64,000 bases of DNA from assembly GCA_963697935.1 (NCBI GenBank), contig OY969107.1, positions 2,542,415 through 2,606,414 on the forward strand, read 5' to 3'. The DNA comes from an uncultured Alphaproteobacteria bacterium. GTDB taxonomy: Bacteria; Pseudomonadota; Alphaproteobacteria; Rhodobacterales; Rhodobacteraceae. The position numbers were made by a program, and so were the translations under genes. The notes below the pieces were generated by a model, which saw only the letters and a program-made list of their open reading frames with translations, had not been told where the DNA came from and did not search any database. Shown here piece after piece: positions 1-10,226 of the stretch; the stretch's first letter is position 1, and each line of letters opens with the position of its first letter.

Positions 1-924
1 GCCGAGCGTCGTGCGATGGCGCGCAGGAAATTCTGGATGAATTCGTGCAGCCCGTCGTCGAAGATCGCGTCGATGTCGTATGGACAGCGTAATGCGCGCT
101 CGAGCGCGGTCGGCCATGTCGTGGCAGGGCAGGCGGGTGCCATAGTCGGCGGTCGAGGTAGCCCAGGTTGTCGCGCATCTTGCCGACGCAGAAGGCGAGG
201 CTGCGCGGCATCCGCTCGTCGAGGATCAGGAATTCGGCGATGTCGCGCGGGTCGTGCGTCGTCGCCGTAGGTCATCCGGAAGCCGCCGTCGCGCCGAGAC
301 CGAGCGCAGGATCGTCTCCCACTGCACGTTGTCGACGGCGCTGCCGACCGCCATGACCGAGGGCAGCAGCACGTAGTATTTCACGTCGAGGATGCGCGCG
401 GTGTTGTCGGCGCGTTCGAGGAAGGTGCCGATGCGGGCGAAATCGAAGATGTCGTTGCGCAGCATCGTGCCGTGCATGGCGCCGCGCACCAAGCGCCGAT
501 CGCTGGCGGATCGCGCCCAGCACCTCGGGCAGGTCGCGCTCGGCGACCGTGCGCGCCAGCGCGTCTCTGAGCGTCATCTAGGCCGTCGTTGATCGCCTCC
601 CAGACCTCGCGGGTCAGCGCGGTGCGCACCAGCCGGGCATTGTTGCGCGCGGCCGCGATCGACCGACAGCACCGACGAGGGGTTGTCGCGTGTCGCGCAG
701 CATCAAGTCGATGGCCTGCGTCCTTGGTCACGCTCGTCGTGGTTCTGGCATGTAGCCGTCGTCAGACGGCGGCGGTCTGCAGCACGCTGAGCGCCATTCG
801 TCGTCGGCGCCGCCGAGCGGGTCAGCGCGATGCGCAGGCCGGCCTCGATCAGGCGCGCGGTGTTTTCGGCCCGCTCGAGATAGCGGAACATCCAGAACAG
901 GCCGCCTGCGGTCTTGCCCAGCAT
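1..924 (-). CDS. alpha-E domain protein (DUF403 family), C-terminus runs off the left edge; several apparent frameshifts
   Basis: ORF fragments 703-924 (MLGKTAGGLFWMFRYLERAENTARLIEAGL) and 226-492 (FDFARIGTFLERADNTARILDVKYYVLLP) carry the duplicated YLERAENTAR / FLERADNTAR alpha-E signature. The gene lies directly downstream of the circularly permuted ATP-grasp gene, as in the conserved operon. Confidence 0.75.
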
Positions 925-927
925 CGC

Positions 928-2363
928 TCATTCCTCCAGCACCCAGGTGTCCTTGGTGCCGCCGCCCTGCGACGAGTTGACCACCAGCGAGCCCTTCTTC
1001 AGCGCCACCCGCGTCAGGCCGCCGGGCGTGATCGTCGATCCCGTCGGGCGAGCACCAGCACGAAGGGCCGCAGGTCGACATGGCGCGGCGCCAGCCCGGC
1101 CTTGGTCAAGATCGGCACGGTCGACAGCGACAGCGTCGGCTGGGCGATGTAGTTGCCGGGCCGGGCCTTCAGCTTGCGGCGGAACGTCGGCCAGCTCCTT
1201 CTTGGACGCGGCCGGGCCGACCAGCATGCCGTAGCCGCCCGAGCCATGCACCTCCTTGACCACCAGTTCGGCCAGGTTGTCGAGCACATAGGCCAGCGCG
1301 TCCGGCTCCGAGCAGCGCCAGGTCGGCACGTTCTGCAGGATCGCCTTTTCGCCGGTGTAGAATTCGACGATGTCGGGCATGTAGCTGTAGATCGCCTTGT
1401 CGTCGGCGATGCCGGTGCCCGGCGCATTGGCGATGGTGATGCCGCCGGCGCGGTAGACATCCATGATGCCCGGCACGCCAAGCGCGCTGTCGGGGTTGAA
1501 GTTCAGCGGATCGAGAAAATCGTCGTCGACCCGGCGGTAGAGCACGTCGATCGGCTTGTAGCCTTGGGTCGTGCGCATCGCGACGCGCGCCGTCGACCAC
1601 GCGCAGGTCGTGGCCCTCGACCAGCTCGACGCCCATCTGGTCGGCCAGGAAGGCGTGTTCGAAATAGGCCGAGTTGTAGATGCCCGGCGTCAGCACCGCG
1701 ACCGTCGGGCTGGCACCGGTCGCTGTCCGGCGCGCAGGCGGCCAGCGAGCGGCGCAGATCGCGCGGGTAGTTCGGACACCGGCTGCACCCGGTTGCGGGC
1801 TGAACAGCTCGGGAAACATCTGCAGCATGGTCTCGCGGTTTTCGAGCATGTAGCAGACGCCCGAGGGGGTGCGGGCATTGTCTTCGAGCACGAAGAACTC
1901 GTCCGTCGCCGGTGCGCACCAGGTCGATGCCGACGATATGGGTGTAGACGCCGCCGGGCGGGGTGCACGCCGATCATCTGCGGCAGGAAGGCGTCGTTGC
2001 TGCGCGATCAGCTCGACCGGGACGCGGCCGGCGCGCAGGATTTCCTGCCGGTGGTAGATGTCGTGGAGGAAGGCGTTGATCGCGCGCACGCGCTGTTCGA
2101 TGCCGCGCGACAGCCGCGCCATTCGCGGCCGGAGATGATGCGCGGAACGATGTCGAAGGGGATCAGCCGCTCGTCGGCCTCGTCGCGGCCGTAGACGTTG
2201 AAGGTGATGCCGGTGCGGCGGAACAGCTCGCTCGGCCTCGCGCTGCTTGCTTGCGCAGCCGGGCCGGGTCCTCGTCGGCGAACCAGTCATGGAAGGCGGC
2301 ATAGGGGGGGCGGAGCGCGTCCTGGCGGCCCCACATCTCGTCGAACTGCGGTTCTGTGCTCAT
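928..2363 (-). CDS. circularly permuted ATP-grasp type 2 protein (DUF404/DUF407 family), apparent frameshifts
   Basis: N-terminus is [28 protein letters not shown] (ATG at 2363). An intact C-terminal block at 928-1578 reads [69 protein letters not shown]. The middle part is readable only by changing frame. Confidence 0.8.
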
Positions 2364-2434
2364 GGGGGGATCATATGGGGCATTCGAAACCGCACAACGG
2401 GATTTTGCCGCGATTGCGTGCCTTTGGGGGTGTC

Positions 2435-2495
2435 GCGGCCCGAAACGGGCCGCGAGCGCTCGCCGCGCGGCAGGTATTTGTGCCAAAATGAAGGG
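2435..2495 (+). repeat. intergenic repeat copy: GC hairpin (gcggccc-gaaac-gggccgc) followed by the conserved box GGTATTTGTGCCAAAATGAAGGG
   Basis: The 23-nt box at 2473-2495 is identical to the one at 41076-41098 and near-identical to 45564-45587. Each copy is preceded by a short GC hairpin. Confidence 0.7.
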
Positions 2496-2516
2496 GGGGG
2501 CCGGTTTTCGGGCGGG

Positions 2517-5500
2517 TCAGTGGAAATCCCGGCTTTTGGGCAGGATGCGCAGGTTGCGCGGATGGCCGGGCGCGGGCGGCTTGAGCGGATTGCGCGCCGC
2601 GCCGGTCCGGGCGCCCTCAGTGAGGCGCAGCAGCGCATCGGTCCGGTCTTCGAGGCGGTCGGCGATCACGTGGATGATGTCGACGTCGCGCTGGATATGG
2701 CCGTGCACCACCAGCAGGCGCGACTGCATGACCACCTTGCGGAACTGCTCCATCACCTTGGGCCAGACCACCAGGTTGGCGACGCCGGTCTCGTCCTCGA
2801 GCGTGATGAAGCAGACGCCCTTGGCGGTGCCGGGGCGCTGGCGGATCAGCACCAGCCCGGCCATCCGGACGCCCTGCGCGGTTGCGCGCCTGCGCAGGTT
2901 GGCGGCGGGCACGTAGCCCTGCGGCGGCGAGGCTCTTGCGCAGGAAGGACATCGGGTGCGCCTTCAGCGACAGGCGCAGCGTCTGGTAGTCGGCGACCAC
3001 CTGTTCGCAGACCGGCATGACCGGCAGCGGCACGGTGACATCCGCGCCTTCGTCGCGTGCTGCCGCGAAACAGCGGCAGGTCGGGCGCGTCGCGCAGCGC
3101 CCTGGCATCCCACAGCGCCTGCCGGCGGTCGAGAAACATCGAGCGCAAGGCATCGGCCTCGGCCAGGCGGCGGATATGGGGGGCGGTGATGCCGGCGCGG
3201 GTCTGCAGATCCGCGAGGTCGGCAAAGGGCCGCGTCGCGGCCGGCCATGATGCGGGCCGCCGTCTCGGCGCGCAGGCCGTCGATCTGGCGCAGGCCGAGC
3301 CGCAGGGCAAAGCCGTGGCCGGAGGGCTCCAGCGTGCAGTCCCAGTCCGACAGGTTCACATCCGGCGGCGCGCACCTCGACGCCATGCTCGCGCGCATCG
3401 CGCACGATCTGGGCCGGCGCATAGAAGCCCATCGGCTGCGAGTTGAGCAGCGCCGCGGCAGAAGGCGGCCGGGTAATGGCATTTGAGCCAGCTCGAGACA
3501 TAGACCAGATGCGCGAAGCTCGCGGCGTGGCTTTCGGGAAAGCCGTATTCGCCGAAGCCCTTGATCTGGTTGAAGCAGCGCTCGGCGAAGTCCGGGTCAT
3601 AGCCGCGCGCCGACCATGCGCCCGACCATCTTTTCCTCCAGCAGGCCGATGGTGCCCGCGCGAGCGGAAGGTGGCCATGGCCTTGCGCAGCTCGTTGGCC
3701 TCGGCGGGCGTGAAGCTGGCCGCGTCGATGGCGATCTTCATGGCCTGTTCCTGGAAGATCGGCACGCCCAGGGTCCTGCCGAGGATGTGGCGCAGCTCGT
3801 CGCGGGCCATGTGCGCGGGCGCGGGCGAGGGATAGTCGACCGGCTCCTCGCCGTTGCGGCGGCGCAGGTAGGGGTGCACCATGTCGCCCTGGATCGGGCC
3901 GGGGCGCACGATCGCGACCTCGATGACGAGATCGTAGAAGGTGCGCGGGCTCAGGCGCGGCAGCATGTTCATCTGCGCGCGGCTCTCGACCTGGAACACG
4001 CCGATGCTGTCGCCCGGCACAGCATGTCGTAGACCGCGCGGGTCCTCCGCGGGACGGTGGCCAGCGTCAAGCTCGCGCCCGTAATGGGCCGCGATCAGGT
4101 CGAAGCACTTGCGGATGCAGGTCAGCATGCCGAGCGCCAGCACATCGACCTTGAGGATGCCGAGCGCGTCGATGTCGTCCTTGTCCCATTCGATGAAGGT
4201 GCGGTCGGCCATGGCGCCGTTGCCGATCGGCACGGTCTCGGTCAGCGGGCGCTCGGTCAGGACGAAGCCGCCGACATGCTGGGACAGGTGGCGCGGCAAG
4301 CCGATCAGCTGCTCGGCCAGGCTGAGGCACGGCGCAGCAGCGGGTCGGTCAGGTCGAGCCCGGCCTCGCCCGCGTGCTCCTTGCCGACATCGCGTGCCCC
4401 AGCTGCCCCAGACGGTGCCGGCCAGCGCCGCCGGTCACGTCCTCGGACAGGCCCATCACCTTGCCGACCTCGCGGATGGCGCATGCGCGGGCGGTAGTGG
4501 ATCACGGTGGCGCAGAGCCCGGCGCGGTCGCGGCCATACCTGGCGTAGATGTACTGGATCACCTCCTCGCGCCGCTCGTGCTCGAAGTCGACGTCGATAT
4601 CGGGCGGCTCCTTGCGCTCTTCGCGAGATGAAGCGCTCGAACAGCAGATCGTGCTCGGCCGGATCGACCGCGGTGATGCCGAGCAGTAGCAGACGGCCGA
4701 GTTGGCCGCCGAGCCGCGCCCCTGGCAGAGGATGGCGGGTCGCGCCTTCGCGGGCGAAGCGGACGATGTCGTGGACGGTGAGGAAATAGGGCGCGATGTC
4801 GAGCTTGGCGATCAGCGCCAGCTCCTTGCGCAGGGTGGCGCGGCGTCTTGGCGGGCCGATCCCTTCGGGATAGCGCCAGGCCGCGCCTTCCCAGGTCAGC
4901 TCCTCCAGATGCGCCTGCGGCGTCCTTGCCGCCGGGCACCACCTCGCGCGGGTATTCGTAGGCCAGCTCGTCGAGGCCGAAGCGTGCAGGCATCGGCCAC
5001 CGCACGGGCGGCGCGCGATGGCATGCGGCCATTCGCGCGAACAGGCGCGCCATCTCGGCGGGCGATTTCAGGTGCCGCTCGGCATTGGCGTCCAGCAGAC
5101 GGCCGGCCGCGGTCGATGGTGCGTCTTCTCGCGGATGCAGGTCATCACGTCCTGCAGCGGGCGGCGCTCGGGGGCGTGGTAGAGCACGTCATTGGTGGCC
5201 AGGATCGACAGGCCATGCCGCGGTTGCCAGCCGGTCGAGGCGGTTGATCCGGGCGCGGTCGTCGCCGCGGTAGAGATGGGAGGCGGCGATGTATCCCAGG
5301 CCGGGCAGGCGGCGGACGAGGCCGGGCAGGGTCTTGTCGAAGCCGCGCAGGTCGCGGGGCGGGACCAGGATCAGCCGCAGGCCTTGCGCATGCGCCGCCA
5401 GATCGTCGAGCGTGATGTCGCATATCCCCTTGGCCTGCCACGTGCCGTCGGGGTCGTGGCGCTTGCCCTTGGACAACAGGCGCGACAGGCGGCCATAGGC

Positions 5501-5821
5501 CTCGCGATCGGTGGGATAGGCCAGGAATTCCTGGCCCGAGACCAGCCGCAGCCGGCAGCCGGTCACGGGCCGCAGCGCGGCCTTCCTGGCCTCGACATGC
5601 AGCCGGACCACCCCGGCCAGGCTGTTGAGATCGGCGCAGCCGATGGCGTCATAGCCCGCGGCATGCGCGGCGGCCACCAGATCGACCGCGTCGGAGGCGC
5701 CGCGCAGGAAGGAAAAGCAGGTGGCCAGCCCCAGCTCGACGAATTCCGCCCGCGGATTGGGCGCGCGCGGCGCGTCCTCCGGTCCGGTCCTGCGCGGCTT
5801 CTGGTGGTCGGTCTCCGGCAT
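2517..5821 (-). CDS. dnaE2: error-prone DNA polymerase DnaE2 (ImuC), multiple apparent frameshifts
   Basis: PHP-domain N-terminus at 5189-5821 ([46 protein letters not shown]). Pol III alpha core blocks are present ([42 protein letters not shown]). OB-fold C-terminus at 2517-2912 ([25 protein letters not shown]). It lies downstream of imuA-imuB. Confidence 0.93.
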
Positions 5822-5850
5822 GGGACGTTACCGGGAGGGGAAGCCGGGCC

Positions 5851-5995
5851 GGGGGGCTCTGCCCCCCGCGCGGTCCGCGCTCCCCCCGGGATATTTTTCG
5901 CCAAAAGAAGCCGGGGCGGGTCTGGCTTCTTCAAATTCTTTTGGCCCGAAATATCCCGGGGGGAGGCTCCGCAGGAGACGGGGGGCAGAGCCCCC
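5851..5995. repeat. composite palindromic REP/MITE-like element in the imuB-dnaE2 spacer
   Basis: Outer inverted repeat: ggggggctctgcccccc (5851-5867) pairs with ggggggcagagccccc (5980-5995). Inner perfect 15-bp inverted repeat: ccccccgggatattt (5882-5896) pairs with aaatatcccgggggg (5949-5963). The arms carry box variants (GGGATATTTTTCGCCAAAAGAAGCC) related to the GGTATTTGTGCCAAAATGAAGGG box seen elsewhere. Confidence 0.75.
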
Positions 5996-6027
5996 TTCTT
6001 TCTTCGGGACTGGCGGAGCGGAACCGG

Positions 6028-7921
6028 TCATGCAAACAGCCCGTGGATGAACCAGCGCGGTTCGCGGCCGCGGCCGTCGCCCAGGACGCCTTCGCGGAAT
6101 ATCCACAGGCGGCGGCCGGTATGGTCCTCGACCTGGTAGTAGTCGCGCAGCCGGGTGCCCGGCCGGTCGTTCCACCATTCCGGCGCGATCCTTTCAGGGC
6201 CGGCGAAGCGGGTGACGCGGTGGGTGACCCGGTTCCAGACGAACTGCGCCGGCGGGCCCTCGGGGACGGCGTAGAGGACGCGCACCTCCTGGGCGGAGTC
6301 GAACAGCCGCACCGGGCGCGAGGGCGTGGCGTCGGGCGGCTGTTCCCGCCGGGGCAGGGCGGCGCGCCAGGTTTCGCTGCGCTCGGGGATATGGCTGCCG
6401 GCCGGGGCGGGGTGGCGGATCGTCGCGGTTCCGAAGCGGGCGGCCAGGCGGTCGACCAGGCGCGCCAGTTCCGCCCCGTCATCGGCGCCGCCATCCAGCC
6501 GGGTCTGGATCGTGGCGAGTTTCTCGGACACGCTGGCCGCGAGCGTGATCAGGTCGAAGCCGAAGCCGGGGTCCAGCCGGTCCAGCCGACCGTCGAACAG
6601 GCGCGCCAGATGCGCCGCGTCGCGGCTGGGTTGCGCGGTGGCGACGGTTGCCGAGGCGACCTCGCCATCGGTGCGATAGACCGTCAGGGTCACCCGGCGC
6701 GCGCCATATCCGGCCGCCGCCAGCCCGGAGCAGAGCTCGCGGGTCAGCGCCGGCAGGTAGGGGACCGGGTCCTGGACCGGTTCGGCCAGCCGCGACTGGA
6801 CGGCAAAGCGGGGCGGATCGTCCGGCGCGCTTACCGGCTCGGCCAGCCGTCCCGTCATCTGGTCCATGCGCAGCAGCGGGTTGGCCGCGATCTCGGCCCG
6901 GTTGAAGCGCCTGGCCAGCGACAGGCGCGGCACGGCGGCCAGATCGCCCACCGTCTTGAGCCCCAGCCGGGTGCAGCAACAGCACCGTTTCGGGGGTGAG
7001 CCGCAGGGCGCGCACCGGGAGCGGCGCCGTCCGCCCGGCCAGATCCCGGGCGGCACAGACCTCGCGCACGCCCCCGAACCGCGACAGCGCCCAGGCCGCG
7101 CCATGGGTCGGCGCCACGGCCAGCTGGCTCGAAAATCCCAGCCCCGACAGCCGCGCCTCGATCTCGCGCAGCATCTCGGCCTCGCCGCCCCAGAGGTGGT
7201 CCGAGCCGGTCGTGTCCATCACCAGTCCCGATGCGCCATCGGTCGCGGTCCAGGGGCACCAGCGCCGGGCCCAGAGCATCAGCTTGTCCAGCGCCGCCCG
7301 GTCGCCGCCGATATCGGCATATTCGACCCGCAGGCCGGGGCAGAGCGCGCGCATGTCCACCACGCGCGCGCCCGGATGGACGCCGCCCAGATCGGCGGCG
7401 CGATTGACGGCATGGACCACCGGGCCATGCGTCCCCTCGACCGCCAGCGCCACCGGCAGATCCTCGGGCGGGGCCTCGGCCGAGGCCGCCATCCGGCGCT
7501 CCCAGCGCTCGATGGCGAAGCGGGGCAGGTAGAGCGCGGTGATCCGGCGCGCCAGGCTGTCGCGCGGGCCGGTTGCCGCCTGGTCCTGCCTGTCCGCGCC
7601 GGTGGCTTTCGGGCCGGGCGACCCGTCCCGGTCGGGACCGGCGCGCCAGCGCGGGTGCGGGCTGCCGACGGGGCTACCGACGGGGCTGCCGACGGGGCTG
7701 CCGACGGGGCTGAAAGAGTCCTCTCCGCGCCCATTGCCGGACTTGTCCCCCGTCGCGGGCTTGTGGAACGCGGGCCGGTGCAGCGTCGCCGTGACCGCCG
7801 CGCGCAGGGCGGCGATGGCCCGGGCCAGCTCGTCATGGTCGCGGGCAGGAGCCGCGTGCTCGGGCGGGAGTGCGGCGGCTCCGGGCCGGACCAGGGCTGG
7901 TTGCGTGTGCGCGCCCCTCAT
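6028..7921 (-). CDS. imuB: Y-family polymerase-like protein ImuB, with a long low-complexity N-terminal extension; at least one apparent frameshift
   Basis: Core region reads ALYLPRFAIERWERR...GPVVHAVNRAADLGGVHPGARVVDMRALCPGL...DKLMLWARRWCPW. C-terminus reads YYQVEDHTGRRLWIFREGV...RWFIHGLFA. It sits between imuA and dnaE2. The start is uncertain: ATG at 7921 or GTG at 7957. Confidence 0.88.
7659..7712. repeat. 12-bp tandem repeat (gggctgccgacg, about 4.5 copies) inside the imuB 5' region
   Basis: Direct reading gives gggctgccgacg / gggctaccgacg / gggctgccgacg / gggctgccgacg / gggctg. It translates on the minus strand as GSPVGSPVGSPVGSPVGSP. Confidence 0.9.
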
Positions 7922-7963
7922 CGGGGTGACCCGCGCCGGGGGGCCTTGCGCAGGCACCCCCCT

Positions 7964-8602
7964 TCATCCTGGGGAAAACACCTGAACTCCACCGGCTTGC
8001 AGCAAATCCGCCTCTGGCGCGAGCTCCATCCCGTGCTCCATGACCAGTTCCTGCCCGTCATGGCGTGCCACCCAGGTGCCCGGCGGGCGCCAGCGGGCGC
8101 GGAACAGTTCCGCCCGCCAGAGCGGATCGCCGGGCGCGCGCATGTCGTCGGGGCAGGGAAGCGAGGGCAGCGAGCGCACCCGCCAGCGTTCGCGCGCCGC
8201 GCTGAGATTGGGCGTGGCCGCGCGCCGGATCAGCCATGCGGCAACGCCATGGGCCTCCGAGCGCAGCGCCAGACGCTTGGTGGCGGTGAAGTCGAGCACC
8301 GGCGGGTCGCCCCAGACCTCGCCGATCACCCCGCCCAGCGCGGGGCAGCCCAGCCCCTGTTCCATCGCCCACAGCACATCGGCGGGGCGCGAGACATCCA
8401 CATGCAGGATCTGCATCGGCACCACCATCCCGGCCAGGAACGGCCGCCCCGATTCGCGCCGCGACAGCCGGTCCTGGATCCACAGGATGGGCTTGTCGCC
8501 GGGCCGCAGGTTGGCCAGCGCAAAGCCGGTCACCGCGCCGTCGGCCGCCGTCTCGGCAAAGACCTCGGCCAGGGTGGGCTGGGCACCGCGCTCGGCCATC
8601 AT
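7964..8602 (-). CDS. imuA: ImuA (RecA/SulA-like cell division inhibitor-type protein of the imuA-imuB-dnaE2 cassette)
   Basis: Uninterrupted ORF reading MMAERGAQPTLAEVFAE...FALANLRPGDKPILWIQDRLSRRESGRPFLAGM...VLWAMEQGLGCPALGGVIGEVWG. It lies immediately upstream of imuB, with an SOS box 93 nt upstream of the ATG. Confidence 0.8.
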   Translation of the reverse strand: MMAERGAQPTLAEVFAETAADGAVTGFALANLRPGDKPILWIQDRLSRRESGRPFLAGMVVPMQILHVDVSRPADVLWAMEQGLGCPALGGVIGEVWGDPPVLDFTATKRLALRSEAHGVAAWLIRRAATPNLSAARERWRVRSLPSLPCPDDMRAPGDPLWRAELFRARWRPPGTWVARHDGQELVMEHGMELAPEADLLQAGGVQVFSPG

Positions 8603-8694
8603 CTCGGTGTCCCGAAGCGAGCGGGCGCGCAACAGCGCAGTATGGGATCTGGGCGGGGGCGGGGCGCACTGCACGCGACTCTCTCTCGGTAAAT

Positions 8695-8709
8695 GTTCTT
8701 CTTTTGTTC
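8695..8709 (-). promoter_or_regulatory. alphaproteobacterial LexA (SOS) box, GTTC-N7-GTTC
   Basis: gttcttcttttgttc matches GTTC-N7-GTTC (GAAC-N7-GAAC on the gene strand). It sits in an AT-richer stretch about 93 nt upstream of imuA, the expected position for this cassette. Confidence 0.75.
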
Positions 8710-8837
8710 TAATCCAGAATCGCCCCGGCGTCAAATCCCGAACATCGGTGGATTGCCCGGGGTCAATCCCGTTGCCGTGCCGCGCGGCTTGAGTCATGGT
8801 AGCGCAAACACAGCGCCGGACAGGGCCAGGGAAAGAC

Positions 8838-10208
8838 ATGAAAACCACCCGAAAACCACCTCCGGGCCGCCGCGGGCCAATCGGGGCGGCGCTGCTGGCC
8901 GCGGGCCTCGGCGGCGGCATGGCCTCGGCCGGCGACCTGCCGCCGCCGGTCGACGCCGCGGCCTATCCGGCGATCGACATGGCCCAGGCGGCGCTGGGGC
9001 AGTTGCTGTTCTACGATCCGATCCTGTCGGGCAACCGCGAGGTGGCCTGCGCCACCTGCCACCATCCGAAATTCGGCACCAGCGACGGCGTGTCGCTGGC
9101 CATCGGCGATGGCGGCATCGGTCTCGGGCCGGACCGGCGCTTTGACCCCGACAACCCGCCCGAGCAGCGCATCCCGCGCAATGCCCAGTCGCTGTGGAAT
9201 GTCGCGGCCTTCGAATATCACACCATGTTCCATGACGGCCGGGTCGAGCGCGACGACAGCAAGCTCGGCGGCATGCGCACCCCGCTCGATGACGACATGC
9301 TGCAAGGGTTCGACTCGATGCTTGCCGCCCAGACCATGTTCCCGGTGCTCAGCGGCGACGAGATGGCGGGCCATATCCGCGAAAACGAGATCTCGGTGGC
9401 GGTGCGGCAGGGTATCCTGACCGGCCCTGACGGCGCATGGGCGCGCATCGCCCGCCGGGTCGCGGACAATCCGGCCTATGCCGAGGCTTTCACCGCCGCC
9501 TATCCCGGGATTGCCGGCCCCGGCGACATCAGGTTCACCGATCTGTCCAACGCCATTGCCGCCTTCATCGGCTTCGAGTTCCGCTCGGACACCGCGCCGT
9601 TCGATGCCTATCTGCGCGGCGAGGCGGGGCTGCCGGAGGGCGCGCAGCAGGGGCTGGACCTGTTCTATGGCCGCGCCGGCTGTTCGGGGTGCCATTCCGG
9701 CCCCTTCCAGACCGACCATGAATTTCACGCGATGGGCATGCCGCAGATCGGGCCGGGCAAGGCCGCCAAGTTCGAATCCGGCGCCCGCGACGAAGGCCGC
9801 TTCCGCGTCACCGGCGACCCGGCTGACCTGTTCGCTTTCCGCACGCCCAGCCTGCGCAACGTGGCGCTGACCGCGCCTTACGGCCATGACGGCGCCTATG
9901 CTGACCTGGCCGCGTTCATCGCCGCCCATGCCGATCCGGTGGCCGCGCTGCGTTCCTATCTCCGGGACAGCGCCATCCTGCCCGACATGCCGGCAGGCAC
10001 CGCGAGCGACTGGATGGTCATGGATGACCCCGCCGAGGTCGAGGCCATCGCGGCGGCCGTCACGGTGCAGCCGGTCACGCTCAACGCCGAGGATGTTGCG
10101 GCCCTGGTGCGGTTTCTCGACACGCTCACCGACCCGGTGGCGATCACCGGCCGGCTCGGGGTGCCCGATGCGGTGCCGAGCGGGCTGCCGGTGCCCAATC
10201 CGGACTGA
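8838..10208 (+). CDS. di-haem cytochrome c peroxidase (CCP/MauG family), secreted
   Basis: Two CxxCH motifs are present (CATCHHPKFGTSDG and GCSGCHSGPFQTDHEFHAMGMPQIG). The block FRTPSLRNVALTAPYGHDG is also present. The signal-like N-terminus is MKTTRKPPPGRRGPIGAALLAAGLGGGMASA. The ORF is intact. Confidence 0.88.
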   Translation: MKTTRKPPPGRRGPIGAALLAAGLGGGMASAGDLPPPVDAAAYPAIDMAQAALGQLLFYDPILSGNREVACATCHHPKFGTSDGVSLAIGDGGIGLGPDRRFDPDNPPEQRIPRNAQSLWNVAAFEYHTMFHDGRVERDDSKLGGMRTPLDDDMLQGFDSMLAAQTMFPVLSGDEMAGHIRENEISVAVRQGILTGPDGAWARIARRVADNPAYAEAFTAAYPGIAGPGDIRFTDLSNAIAAFIGFEFRSDTAPFDAYLRGEAGLPEGAQQGLDLFYGRAGCSGCHSGPFQTDHEFHAMGMPQIGPGKAAKFESGARDEGRFRVTGDPADLFAFRTPSLRNVALTAPYGHDGAYADLAAFIAAHADPVAALRSYLRDSAILPDMPAGTASDWMVMDDPAEVEAIAAAVTVQPVTLNAEDVAALVRFLDTLTDPVAITGRLGVPDAVPSGLPVPNPD

Positions 10209-10226
10209 CGGGCGCGGGCGCGGCGG

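Noticed and set aside
2473-2495. Reverse complement of the conserved box (TTGGCACAAATACC...) read as a sigma-54 promoter (TGGCAC-N5-TTGC)
   Set aside because: Only the -24 element matches. The -12 TTGC element is absent in all copies, and the copies are not positioned upstream of genes on the minus strand in any consistent way.
7659-7712. Possible CRISPR-like or minisatellite array
   Set aside because: The 12-bp units are directly contiguous with no spacers. They lie inside the imuB reading frame and no cas genes are present. This is a simple in-frame tandem repeat.
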